Assembly (NCBI GenBank): GCA_040218735.1
Contig: JAVJQW010000046.1
Location: forward strand, 224,001 to 288,000
Reading direction: 5' to 3'
DNA length: 64,000 nt
From: Deltaproteobacteria bacterium
GTDB taxonomy: Bacteria; Myxococcota; Kuafuiibacteriia; Kuafuiibacteriales; Kuafuiibacteriaceae
In this document: piece by piece, positions 36,837 through 50,023 of the stretch
Layout: every line of letters starts with the position of its first letter
Position numbering within the stretch: position 1 is the stretch's first letter
Translations under genes and position numbers: made by a program
Notes under the pieces: generated by a model
What the model was told of the DNA's origin: nothing
The model's database searches: none
What the model saw: the letters and a program-made list of their open reading frames with translations, nothing else

Positions 36837-39458
36837 CTACTCGATCTCCGGCGTGACCTCGGACGGCTCGCCCGCGGGCATTCCGTCGTCGGTCATCGGG
36901 ACGACGTCGCCGTCCTTCGACACCTCGGGGCGGATGACGGTCTCACCCGGTGCACCGGGCCCCTCGTTCTCCGCCTTCGACAGCTCCTTCTGCATGCGGA
37001 ACTTGTACCCACCGAGCGGGCCGACCTTGCGGTTCCAGTCGATCGCCGCGCGGTACTCCGGCGTCGCGCCGTAGAACCGATCCACGAAGTCCTTCCGCTC
37101 TTCCATCTTGCGCTCGAAGATCGTGCGGAAGTCATCCGGGCCGCGGATGATGTACGGCGTAAGGATGAGGAGGAGGTTCACCTTCTCGGTGACCTTCGCC
37201 TGACGCTTGAAGAGCCAGCCGATCAGCGGAAGGTCACCGAGCAGCGGCGTCTTCGACTCGTCGATCGACTCACGGTCACGAACCAACCCACCGATGACGA
37301 CGCTGTCCTGGCTCCGCACCACGACGACGGTCTTCGCCGAGCGCTTCGACGTAATCGTCTGGCCCGTGACCTGGTCGATACCGGCGACGTCCGACAGCTC
37401 CTGGTCGATCTCCAACCGGACGTAGTCTTCGTCGTTGATCTGCGGCTTGAGCTTCAGCGTCAGACCGATGTCCTCGCGGTTGAACGACAGTGAGCCGAGA
37501 CCCAACCCACCGAGGCCACCGAGCGCGCCGCCGAGCTGACCGGCCGCGCCGCCCGCTTGGTTCGCGAGACCGCCGAGGCCACCGAGGCCGCCGAGGGTGA
37601 GGCCGGACGGGAAGGGCCGCTTCTCGTTGACCTGAATCTCGGCCTCTTCGTTGTCCATCGTGAGGAGGTGCGGCGTCGAGACGACGTTGACGTCGTTGGT
37701 GCTCTGGAGCGCCTGCACCACCACACCGATGGCCGGGATGCCGCCCGAGACGATCGTGTCGGTGCCGGGGAGCGTCGGCCCGGAGACGGCGCCGGCGAGG
37801 CCGAGGAGGCTCGCGAGGCCCAGCGGGTTCGCCGCGGCGAGCAGCGACGACAGCTCGTTGTTCGGCGTGTTCGCGAAGACGATCGGGGTCTGCTCGTCGC
37901 CGATGGTCGGCGCGATGCCCGCGTGCCAACCCACACCGAGGCGGCGGTCGCGTTTGATCGAGACCTCGAGGATGACGGCCTCCACGAAGACCTGGAAACG
38001 CGGCACGTCGAGTTTTTCGATGACACGTTTGATCGACGCGACGTCACTCTTCGAAGCCGTGATGACGAGTGAGTTGGTCGCTTTGTCGGCGGTGATCTTC
38101 ACCTCGCCCTGGAACAACGCAGCCGCCCCCGCGGCCGGCGCCTTCGCGGCGGTGGTGGCGCGTGCGGTACGGCGCGTCGTCGTCGTCGTCGGCTTGCCCT
38201 GCGCGAGCGACGCGAGCGTGGACGACAGCTCCTCCGCGTCCGCGTGTTTGAGGCGGAGCACGTGAATCTGACCGTCGCCGTTCGTGCCCTCCGGAATATC
38301 GAGCTCCCGCATCAGCGAGATGATCTGTTTGAACGCCCGCTCCGACGCGATGATAATGAGTTTGTTCGTGCGGTCGTCGGCGAGGATCTTCGAGACCGCG
38401 ACGGCCCCTTCCTCACCCTCGTCCGCGTTGGCGGCGGCCGCCGGGGTCTTCTTCGAAGTCACCTTCAGACGTGTGTTGATCGCCTTGGGCGCCGCGGCCT
38501 TGCCGCCCGACGCCGGCTCGAAGACCTGCGTGAGCTTCTCCGCGATCTCCGTCGCCGTCGCGTACTCCACCGGGACGACGTGCACCTGCTCGAGCGCGCC
38601 CGGCTGGTCGATCTCTTCGAGGATTCGCTTCAGTCGATCGATCGACGTCGCGAAGTCCGTCGCGATGATGACGCCCGTGGCCTGAAAGGGGTGAATCTGG
38701 CCCTTGTTGGTCTTGAAGATGTTCAGGTAGTTGACGACGTTGCCCGGATCGCCGCCGTGTTTCAGGCGCCAGATCACCGTGACCATGGCGTCGTCGACGG
38801 GCATGTTCGGGTCGTCGTCGTACATGGGTACGGGGGACCGCGTGCCGTCCGTCGCTTGGATGATCTTGTAGTACTTACCGACCCGCACCAGCGTGAGATC
38901 GTTGGCCTCGAGCGAGGACAGGAACGCGCGCCAGATATCCGTCGCGGTCACCGGAGTCGGTGCGACGATCTCGAACTTCTGACTACGAACCTTGTTCGTG
39001 ATGATGAAGTTCTTGCACATCTTCTTCGCGATCGTGTCGACGAGCTGCTTGATGTCGCCTTCGAAGTCGAAGGTGAACCGCTCGTTGGACCGCGGCGGCT
39101 TGCACTTGCCGTTCGTCGTCCGCTTCAGGTCTGCGAACGCCGTCGCCGTCGCGCCCGACGCGCCACCGCGCGGCGGCGGGGGAGGGGGCGGCGGGACCTC
39201 GTTCTTGAGCGTGGGCTTCGGGAAGCCCTTGCGCGGCAAGACCTTCGGGCGCGCCTTCGCGGACAGCGACGGCACCTTTCCGGGGATCTTGAGCGCGCGT
39301 TGGTCGAGGAACGGCGTCGTCTTCTTGACGGGCAGATCACCGCCCTGGGCCTTCGCGGCGGAGGGGGCGGCGAAGAACACCGCACTGGCGACGAAACACG
39401 CCAGTGTCTGGACGGGGGCTCGGGGGCAGGACGTTTTCATGATGCGTGCGTCGTTCAT
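36837..39458 (-). CDS. gspD: T2SS secretin GspD
   Basis: N0-N3 domains, QVFVEAVILEV, DNEEAEIQV, VIGGL, KTPLLGDLPLIGWLF, LTPYII. Confidence 0.95.
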   Translation of the reverse strand: MNDARIMKTSCPRAPVQTLACFVASAVFFAAPSAAKAQGGDLPVKKTTPFLDQRALKIPGKVPSLSAKARPKVLPRKGFPKPTLKNEVPPPPPPPPRGGASGATATAFADLKRTTNGKCKPPRSNERFTFDFEGDIKQLVDTIAKKMCKNFIITNKVRSQKFEIVAPTPVTATDIWRAFLSSLEANDLTLVRVGKYYKIIQATDGTRSPVPMYDDDPNMPVDDAMVTVIWRLKHGGDPGNVVNYLNIFKTNKGQIHPFQATGVIIATDFATSIDRLKRILEEIDQPGALEQVHVVPVEYATATEIAEKLTQVFEPASGGKAAAPKAINTRLKVTSKKTPAAAANADEGEEGAVAVSKILADDRTNKLIIIASERAFKQIISLMRELDIPEGTNGDGQIHVLRLKHADAEELSSTLASLAQGKPTTTTTRRTARATTAAKAPAAGAAALFQGEVKITADKATNSLVITASKSDVASIKRVIEKLDVPRFQVFVEAVILEVSIKRDRRLGVGWHAGIAPTIGDEQTPIVFANTPNNELSSLLAAANPLGLASLLGLAGAVSGPTLPGTDTIVSGGIPAIGVVVQALQSTNDVNVVSTPHLLTMDNEEAEIQVNEKRPFPSGLTLGGLGGLGGLANQAGGAAGQLGGALGGLGGLGLGSLSFNREDIGLTLKLKPQINDEDYVRLEIDQELSDVAGIDQVTGQTITSKRSAKTVVVVRSQDSVVIGGLVRDRESIDESKTPLLGDLPLIGWLFKRQAKVTEKVNLLLILTPYIIRGPDDFRTIFERKMEERKDFVDRFYGATPEYRAAIDWNRKVGPLGGYKFRMQKELSKAENEGPGAPGETVIRPEVSKDGDVVPMTDDGMPAGEPSEVTPEIE

Positions 39459-40405
39459 CGGATGCTGTAGCTGAGGGACTTGGACTTACCGCGGCGAACC
39501 AGGTCGACCGTGATCGTGGAAGCGTCTTTGAGCTTCGAGTAGATCTCCAGAGCCTTGTCCGGAGAGTTCATCTCGTAGCCGTTGATCTTCTGCACGATGT
39601 CGCCGTTCTGGATGCCGATCTTCGAATAGAGGCTGTTGGGGCGGATCGAGAAGAGCTTGAAGCCGTTGGCCTTACCGTTGTGAAAGCTCGGCACGATGCG
39701 CGCCTGGGTCGCGACCTTGTTCAGGTTCGACAGCACGTTGTCGATCTCTTCTTTGGGAATCTCGTACTCACTGTCCGAGACCTTCTTCACGCCCTTGCCG
39801 AGGCCCTCGTCGTCGCTCTTGTTGTTCGACGCGACGGCCGGCTTCGGCGTAGCGCGACGCGACACCTTCTTCGGCTCGTCCTCCATCGAGAACTCTTGGC
39901 ACTGGCCGTCCTTGTTCACGAGCACGGTGCGCCACTCGATCGCGTGGACGGTCGCTTCGTCGAGGAGGCGGTCGCCGATGCGAACCTCGACGGTCACGTT
40001 CTTCGACGTGTCCTGGAACATCGCGACGGAGTTCTCGGGGACACTCGAGACGACGGTCGCGAGGAGGTTGGCGCCCATCGACGCCACGACGCAGTTGTCC
40101 TCGTCGATCTCGCCGGCCTCGCCGGCCTTCTTGGGGTCGGTCTCTTCCGGCGGCGGGGGCGTCAGGTCTTCGCGCTCCGCCTTGAAGACGTTGCGCTCCA
40201 GGAACGCCGTCAGATCGATCGACGCCTTCTCCTCGACCTTCCGCACCGCCGGGGTCGCCGACGCGGCCGAGGCGATCTTGTCCGGCGGGACCTGTAGGGA
40301 TCGCCCGACGAAGGCGTTGACCGTCTTCGCCAGGAGCAGGGCGGCGAGGAAAATCGCGACCAGATGGAAGGTCCAGAAGTAGTTCTTGAAGTAGCCGTCC
40401 AGCAA
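39455..40405 (-). CDS. gspC: T2SS protein GspC (PDZ)
   Basis: TM, ARIVP...GFKLFSIRPNSLYSKIGIQNGD...ING. Confidence 0.9.
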   Translation of the reverse strand: MLDGYFKNYFWTFHLVAIFLAALLLAKTVNAFVGRSLQVPPDKIASAASATPAVRKVEEKASIDLTAFLERNVFKAEREDLTPPPPEETDPKKAGEAGEIDEDNCVVASMGANLLATVVSSVPENSVAMFQDTSKNVTVEVRIGDRLLDEATVHAIEWRTVLVNKDGQCQEFSMEDEPKKVSRRATPKPAVASNNKSDDEGLGKGVKKVSDSEYEIPKEEIDNVLSNLNKVATQARIVPSFHNGKANGFKLFSIRPNSLYSKIGIQNGDIVQKINGYEMNSPDKALEIYSKLKDASTITVDLVRRGKSKSLSYSIR

Positions 40406-40431
40406 AGGTCTCGCTCCGACACCCTCGCCAG

Positions 40432-40447
40432 AGCAGACGGCGTGCCA
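40432..40447 (-). promoter_or_regulatory. Sigma54 (-24/-12) promoter of the gsp operon
   Basis: TGGCACGCCGTCTGCT = GG-N10-GC, 27 nt upstream of gspC. Confidence 0.75.
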
Positions 40448-40500
40448 CGCTCAGAACCCGCTGATGATCCCGCGTTTTTCACGGCCCGTGCCCGCCGCGC

Positions 40501-40543
40501 TGACAGGTTGGCAGCGTCGCGCGGACCGCGTGACAAAATGACA
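40501..40543. promoter_or_regulatory. Putative enhancer-binding-protein sites (two TGACA-N4-TG(G/A)CA-like boxes)
   Basis: TGACAGGTTGGCA at 40501 and TGACAAAATGACA at 40531, 30 bp apart, upstream of the sigma54 site. Confidence 0.5.
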
Positions 40544-40554
40544 ATCGGGCGCGC

Positions 40555-41475
40555 TCAGGCGCAGGCGGCGGCGAGCGAGTAGGCCCCGGGGTCGAGGTCC
40601 ACCGGGTCGATCCAGACGGGGGCTTCCACGAGCACGGGGCCGCACAGGATACGGTCGAGGTGCAGGGCGAGCGCGGCCGCCGACGCCGGGCGATCCCGCG
40701 GATCCGTCGCCAGACACCGCCCGACGATCGACGACAGCTCGACCATCGCATCGCGCTCGGAACGCGCCGAATCGCTGAGGACCATCGCGAGCTCCGCCGG
40801 CGGGTGCGTGCAGATCGCGAGCGCCGTCTGGACGGGATCCGCCATCGGCGGCCACGGCGACGTTCGCGCGAAGAGGTCGAACGCGAGGACGCCGAGCTGG
40901 AAGAGATCGCCGGGCGCGCCGTCACCTTCCTGAAGCAGACGCTCCGGCGGCGTGCAGCGCGGCGTGCCGTGGAAGACATCGGGCGGGTCCACGTCGCCGT
41001 CGAGCTTGGCGATGCCGAAGTCGACGAGGAACACGAGACCGTCGTCGTCGACGAGGACGTTGTCGCGCTTGATGTCGCGGTGCACGACGCCCAGCTCGTG
41101 GAGGTCGTGAACGATCCGCGCGAGATCGCGGAACACCGTGAGGCGCGCCTGCACGTCGAGGTCGCCGTCCTGACATCGCTGCGTCAGCGACTTGCCCTCC
41201 ACGAGCTCCATGGCCATCCACACGTGCGGTCCGAGCCGACCGTACGCGTGCACCTTCGGGACGTTCGGATGATCGATGCGGCTCGCGAGCCACGCCTCGT
41301 GCAGACAGAGGCGAACACCGTGTTCGTCGAGGTCCGGGTTCGACACCTTGAGCGCGCAACGCTCACCGGTGTCCTCGTCGATGACCTCGTAGACGCGGCC
41401 CATTCCGCCACGGCCGAGACGCCGCACCAGACGGAAAGCAGGCGGGAGGGGCAGGGACGCGGAAGCGCTCATCAC
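40555..41475 (-). CDS. Cytoplasmic Ser/Thr protein kinase
   Basis: GRGGMGRV, ALKV, HRDIKRDN, DFGIA, GTPRCTPPE. Confidence 0.88.
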   Translation of the reverse strand: MMSASASLPLPPAFRLVRRLGRGGMGRVYEVIDEDTGERCALKVSNPDLDEHGVRLCLHEAWLASRIDHPNVPKVHAYGRLGPHVWMAMELVEGKSLTQRCQDGDLDVQARLTVFRDLARIVHDLHELGVVHRDIKRDNVLVDDDGLVFLVDFGIAKLDGDVDPPDVFHGTPRCTPPERLLQEGDGAPGDLFQLGVLAFDLFARTSPWPPMADPVQTALAICTHPPAELAMVLSDSARSERDAMVELSSIVGRCLATDPRDRPASAAALALHLDRILCGPVLVEAPVWIDPVDLDPGAYSLAAACA

Positions 41476-41488
41476 GCGGCGGTGTCAG

Positions 41489-41504
41489 TGCACCGACCGC
41501 GCCA
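41489..41504 (-). promoter_or_regulatory. Candidate sigma54 promoter for the kinase
   Basis: TGGCGCGGTCGGTGCA = GG-N10-GC, 14 nt upstream of the start codon. Confidence 0.55.
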
Positions 41505-41594
41505 CTTCGAAACCGCCGCGCGGACGCGATCGCGCCGTGCCCACGTGACCCACTCACCCGCGCGACCGGGGCATTTTGGTCGTCGTCCGGCGCC

Positions 41595-42100
41595 TCAGCC
41601 CCCGGGCGTGCGCAGGCGCTGCGTGCACTTCGGACAAACGCCGTGGATCGTCCGGACGGGGCGGTCGTCGGAGAGGAGCTTCCTCGCCGTCACGGCGTCC
41701 ACGATGTCGACCCACTGCGGCCCGACGCCGTAGTGGTTACACACGCTGCACCGCGCCACGAGGTTCTGTCCGCGGCTCGCCGCGACCACCGGGAGGGGCT
41801 CGTCGCGCGGGATCTCGTCGAGGAGGATGCTCTCGAGCGTCAGCCCGCCGTCCGCGCGATCGATCGTCATGCGCATGAAACGACGGTGCGTGAACGAATC
41901 ACAACGGTACTCGAACACCACCGACTCGCCGTCGCGCGCGCGTAGGAAGAGCGCGCGGTAGATGTCACGCAGGGCCCCGCTGCGAATGTGATCCCACAGC
42001 GACGTGCCGATGACTTCCTTACCGACGAGGCTCCAGTCGCCGCCGGTGGAGCGGATGACCTCGTCTTCGTCGATCGTGTACGCGATGGTTCCGTCGTCGC

Positions 42101-42104
<4 letters not shown>
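41595..42104 (-). CDS. PAS-like small protein with C-terminal CxxC...HGxCxxC metal-binding motif
   Basis: VIGTSLWDHI, FEYRCDS...RRFMRM, CSVC, HGVCPKC; start overlaps the hybrid kinase stop. Confidence 0.7.
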
Positions 42105-46474
<4,370 letters not shown>

Positions 46475-46508
46475 GCGCCGTCGACGCTAGCAACGCCGCG
46501 TCGGGCTG

Positions 46509-47138
46509 TCATGGGCGACGAAGGTAGACGGTGAGCTCGTAGAGCCCGTAATCGTGGCGAAACGTCACGGTCCGACCGAACCTCGGGACCAACGCCGCAG
46601 CCAGGGCGTCCATCGACACGTGGAAGAGGTCGTCGCGCTCCCAGTCGACGATCTTGGACATCACGTTGAAGGCGAGCCCCCGTCGGGTCTTCGCCCACAC
46701 CTTGTCCAAGACGTCGAGCAAGTACGCGAACATCGCCTCGTGCGTGAGCTCGCGTTTCTCCGTGAAGACGCCGTTCATGACGATCCAATCCGCCCCCTCC
46801 CACTCCACGTCGGGCGAGAGGACGTCCGCGACGTCGAAGCGGAGCTTGGGGCGACGTTTCCGGGCGGCCTCGACGAACGCCGGGGAGACGTCGAGCCCAC
46901 GGTAGGCGAGGTCGCGCCGACCCATGCGCACCATGTGGTCGTAGAGGTGGCCGAGCCCGCAGCCGAAGTCGAGGAGCGTCGACACGCGGTGCGACTTCGG
47001 CGCGAGCTCCAACATCACTTGGTAGCGGCGCTCGGCGTCGTGGAGGTTCGGCCAGTCGACGCCGCGGTGGGAGTCGCCGTGGACCTCCAGGCACGACTCG
47101 TAGTGCGAAACGATCGGCGCGTAGATCGGTGTCGTCAT
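46509..47138 (-). CDS. Class I SAM-dependent methyltransferase (glycan-cluster type)
   Basis: LLDFGCGLG, GLDVS, HGDSHRGVDW, GLAFNVMS. Confidence 0.88.
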   Translation of the reverse strand: MTTPIYAPIVSHYESCLEVHGDSHRGVDWPNLHDAERRYQVMLELAPKSHRVSTLLDFGCGLGHLYDHMVRMGRRDLAYRGLDVSPAFVEAARKRRPKLRFDVADVLSPDVEWEGADWIVMNGVFTEKRELTHEAMFAYLLDVLDKVWAKTRRGLAFNVMSKIVDWERDDLFHVSMDALAAALVPRFGRTVTFRHDYGLYELTVYLRRP

Positions 47139-47791
47139 GAGAGCCTCGTTTGGCGTCGGACGTCGTGGCCGAGTCGATCGGGCCCCTCGGTCACGAGCCG
47201 GTGCAGGACGCTGAACCCATCCGCGTCCTCGAAGGGGGAGAGGAAGTCGAGCCGAACGCCGCGTCGCTCGAACGTCGCGGCGTCGTAGAGGTGGCGACCG
47301 CCCGGCGCGTTCACGTAGCGCTTACCGCCGACGGCCTCGACGATCGCGAGGATGCGGTCCTGGCCTCTCAGGTGGGGGGCCACGCCGAGGGTGCTCGACC
47401 GGATTGTTTCGCATCCGACGTTCAGCATCCGCGCGATTTGCGTCAGCGTCGCGGCGAGGAAGGTCACGAGCGATCCACGAGGCGCCGCGAGGATCTCGTC
47501 GGCGGTCGAGCTCGCGAGCGTCGGGAAACGTCGGCGCTGCAAGTCGAGTTGCGCGTCGAAGTCGTCACGCAGCGTGAGCGCGTCGATGGTCGCCTCCCGC
47601 GGCGCCTTCGCGACGGGGAGAGTGAGCCACGCGGGGCGGCCCGTTCGATCCGGGAGGCGGTTCCTGTGGACCCAGCCGCGTCGCGGGAACTGCACGCAGT
47701 CGTAGATGATGAAGAGGTCGGCCGCGGCGAACAGGCGAAAGTACCCCGCGTACGGCACGAAGTACGGCTGCATGATCGCGACGGTGGTCAT
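47135..47791 (-). CDS. WbqC-like family protein
   Basis: AIMQPYFVPYAGYF, YDCVQF..RGWVHRNR, WLTLPV, YVNAPGG; ATG at 47791. Confidence 0.9.
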   Translation of the reverse strand: MTTVAIMQPYFVPYAGYFRLFAAADLFIIYDCVQFPRRGWVHRNRLPDRTGRPAWLTLPVAKAPREATIDALTLRDDFDAQLDLQRRRFPTLASSTADEILAAPRGSLVTFLAATLTQIARMLNVGCETIRSSTLGVAPHLRGQDRILAIVEAVGGKRYVNAPGGRHLYDAATFERRGVRLDFLSPFEDADGFSVLHRLVTEGPDRLGHDVRRQTRLS

Positions 47792-48735
47792 GCGGCTTCG
47801 CGTCCGCTCGCGTCGACGAGGAACGCGAGCGCCTGTTCGAAGTCCTCCGCCGTCGGCGCGTGGTCGGCCGCCAGCTGGACGGGAGCGCACCGCACCGACG
47901 CCAGCGCGCAGGTCCACGGGGCCGCGCCGGGTTTGGGGAGCCACAGCAGGTCCGGCGCGAGGTCACGGATCATATCGAGCGCGCGCTCGACGGTGGTGGT
48001 TCGATCGAGGACGGTGAGCGCGTAGCGCGACTCGAGGGTCGACAGGTGGGGCTTCAACACGGCGCGGAGCGCGTCGTCGTCGTGTGCGATGACGAGCGTG
48101 GGCGCGTCGCGGACGGCGTCGTTTTCGCAGTCTTCGAACCCCATCGCGAGCACCGAACGGTGCAGCATCGCCGTGATGAAGTCGGGCTCGACGTTCCAGG
48201 CGTTCGTGGCGAGCGCGAACAGCTCGAGGTCGATCGTCGCGGACGCCAGACGCATGCCGAGCGCGGCGACGCGGAGCCACCAGCTCTGGTTCTCGTCGTC
48301 GGGCGGGTCCGACAGCATCGAGAGGATCAGCGGCGTCGCCTCGTCGATCGGGAGGCGTCCGAGCGCCGCGACGACGGAGGGCTCGAGGTCGGCGGTCGGA
48401 CAGAAGACCATGTACTTGTCGATCTGCTCGGGGCGCTCGAAGCCGAACCCGCCGTCCGCCTTCAGACCGATCTGTCGCATCAGGTGCGCGCCCGAACCGT
48501 AGGCGCTCGTCACGAACGCTTCGCGGATCGCCGCGCGTCGTTCGAGCAGCGCGATGCGTTGGCGCGGCGCCAGCGAGACCCCCGGCGCCGCAGCGATCGC
48601 GGACGTCGCCGCCGCCGTGCGCGTGGCGTGCTCGGGCTCGAGGGGGCCGGCGTCGAGGACATCGACGAGCGCGTCGACCGCCTTTCGATAGCGGCGTGAA
48701 GAGGTGTGGCGTTCGAGGCGTGTCAGCAACTTCAT
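47788..48735 (-). CDS. Truncated HMW1C-like paralogue (helical N-domain plus part of first Rossmann domain)
   Basis: PDLLWLPKPGAAPWTCALASVRCAPVQL aligns with PDVVYYPSLGMAHWTVLLSSVRLAPVQI of 50024..51808; LGRLPIDEATPLILSMLS aligns with LERLPPSEALPIVGALLS; ATG 48735 overlaps the DegT stop. Confidence 0.7.
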   Translation of the reverse strand: MKLLTRLERHTSSRRYRKAVDALVDVLDAGPLEPEHATRTAAATSAIAAAPGVSLAPRQRIALLERRAAIREAFVTSAYGSGAHLMRQIGLKADGGFGFERPEQIDKYMVFCPTADLEPSVVAALGRLPIDEATPLILSMLSDPPDDENQSWWLRVAALGMRLASATIDLELFALATNAWNVEPDFITAMLHRSVLAMGFEDCENDAVRDAPTLVIAHDDDALRAVLKPHLSTLESRYALTVLDRTTTVERALDMIRDLAPDLLWLPKPGAAPWTCALASVRCAPVQLAADHAPTAEDFEQALAFLVDASGREAA

Positions 48736-49907
48736 CAGGCGACCCTCCCGGTCGTAGGCAGGACCCGGCGCGGGACCACTTCGGTGTGTCGCGCCGCGAG
48801 GCGGCCGGTGATGCCCAGCGCGTCGGCGAGCGCGGTGCAGACGTAGGCCACGTCGTCTTCGGTGAGCTCGGTGTGGAACGGTAGCCCGAGCAGGCGGGGC
48901 GCGATCGCCTCGGTCACGGGGAGCCGCCCGTCGGCGAACGGTGCGAACGCCGGGTGGTTCACGAGTGTCGGCACGTACCAGCGGCGCGTCTGGACGCCGA
49001 CCGATGCAAGCTGGGTTGCGACGCCCTCGGCGTCCATGGCCAGTCGAACCGTCATGAGCGCGGGGGCTCTGACGCTCGGCCACGCCTGGAGGTGGGCACC
49101 GTCGATGCCGCGGAGGTAACGGCGGTAGGTCGACCACACCCGGTGGCGGCGCTGCTGGAGCGAGGGCCAACGGTCGAGCTGCGCGAGGCCGACGGCGGCG
49201 TGGTACTCGGATAGCTTGGCGTTGGTGCCGTCGTCGACCACGACGCCATCGACGAATCCGAAGTTCGTGAAGACGCGCGCGCGCTCCGCGAGCGCCGCGT
49301 CGGTGGTGACGAACGCGCCGCCCTCGCCGATGCCGAAGGGTTTGGTCGCGTGGAAGCTGAACGCGACGGAGGTCGTGCGTCCGATCGCTTGCTCCCCGAA
49401 CGCGGGGGCCGCGTCGACGAGGACGGGCACCGCCGTGTCTTCGGTGAAGTGGTCCCAGGCCTCGACGTTCGTCGCGCGGCCGTAGGTCGCGACCGGCAAC
49501 ACGAGGTCGACGTCTTTCGCGAAGCTGCGCGCGATCTTCGGGGTGAGCTGCCATCGCCGCGGACAGACATCCGCGAACACCGGGACGAGCTTCGCGCGGG
49601 TGACGGCGAGGGCCGTCGCGGGGAACGTCAGCGCCGGCATCAGGACACGTGCCCCGGCGGGGAGCTTCAGCGCGGCGAGGCCGGCGTCGATCGCGGCGGT
49701 GCCGGTCGAGCAGGTGACGACCTGGGTCCCGTGCGGGGCACCGGTCGCGACGAGCAGCTGCTCGAGTCGGGTCTCCAGCTCGTTCACGAGCGGGCCGAAG
49801 TTCGTGTACCAGCGCGCATCGTCGATGCGCTCCAGGTAGCGCACGAGCTGGGACGCCGCCGGGAGATCCGGAACGAGACAGGCGATGTTCCTCGGTGCGG
49901 CGACCAT
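48735..49907 (-). CDS. DegT/DnrJ/EryC1/StrS PLP-dependent NDP-sugar aminotransferase
   Basis: YTNFGP, LTFPAT, VDAAPAFG, SFHATKPFGIGEGG (PLP Lys), NAKLSEYHAA. Confidence 0.93.
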   Translation of the reverse strand: MVAAPRNIACLVPDLPAASQLVRYLERIDDARWYTNFGPLVNELETRLEQLLVATGAPHGTQVVTCSTGTAAIDAGLAALKLPAGARVLMPALTFPATALAVTRAKLVPVFADVCPRRWQLTPKIARSFAKDVDLVLPVATYGRATNVEAWDHFTEDTAVPVLVDAAPAFGEQAIGRTTSVAFSFHATKPFGIGEGGAFVTTDAALAERARVFTNFGFVDGVVVDDGTNAKLSEYHAAVGLAQLDRWPSLQQRRHRVWSTYRRYLRGIDGAHLQAWPSVRAPALMTVRLAMDAEGVATQLASVGVQTRRWYVPTLVNHPAFAPFADGRLPVTEAIAPRLLGLPFHTELTEDDVAYVCTALADALGITGRLAARHTEVVPRRVLPTTGRVA

Positions 49908-50023
49908 TGTTCCAACCCGAGCCACTCGGGCTCCATAGGCCCATTCGGTGTTTCGCTTCAGAACTTGAGCGCGGGCGTGACCGACTCAAGAAAGGACACC
50001 ATCGCCCGATCAACGATCGTCGG

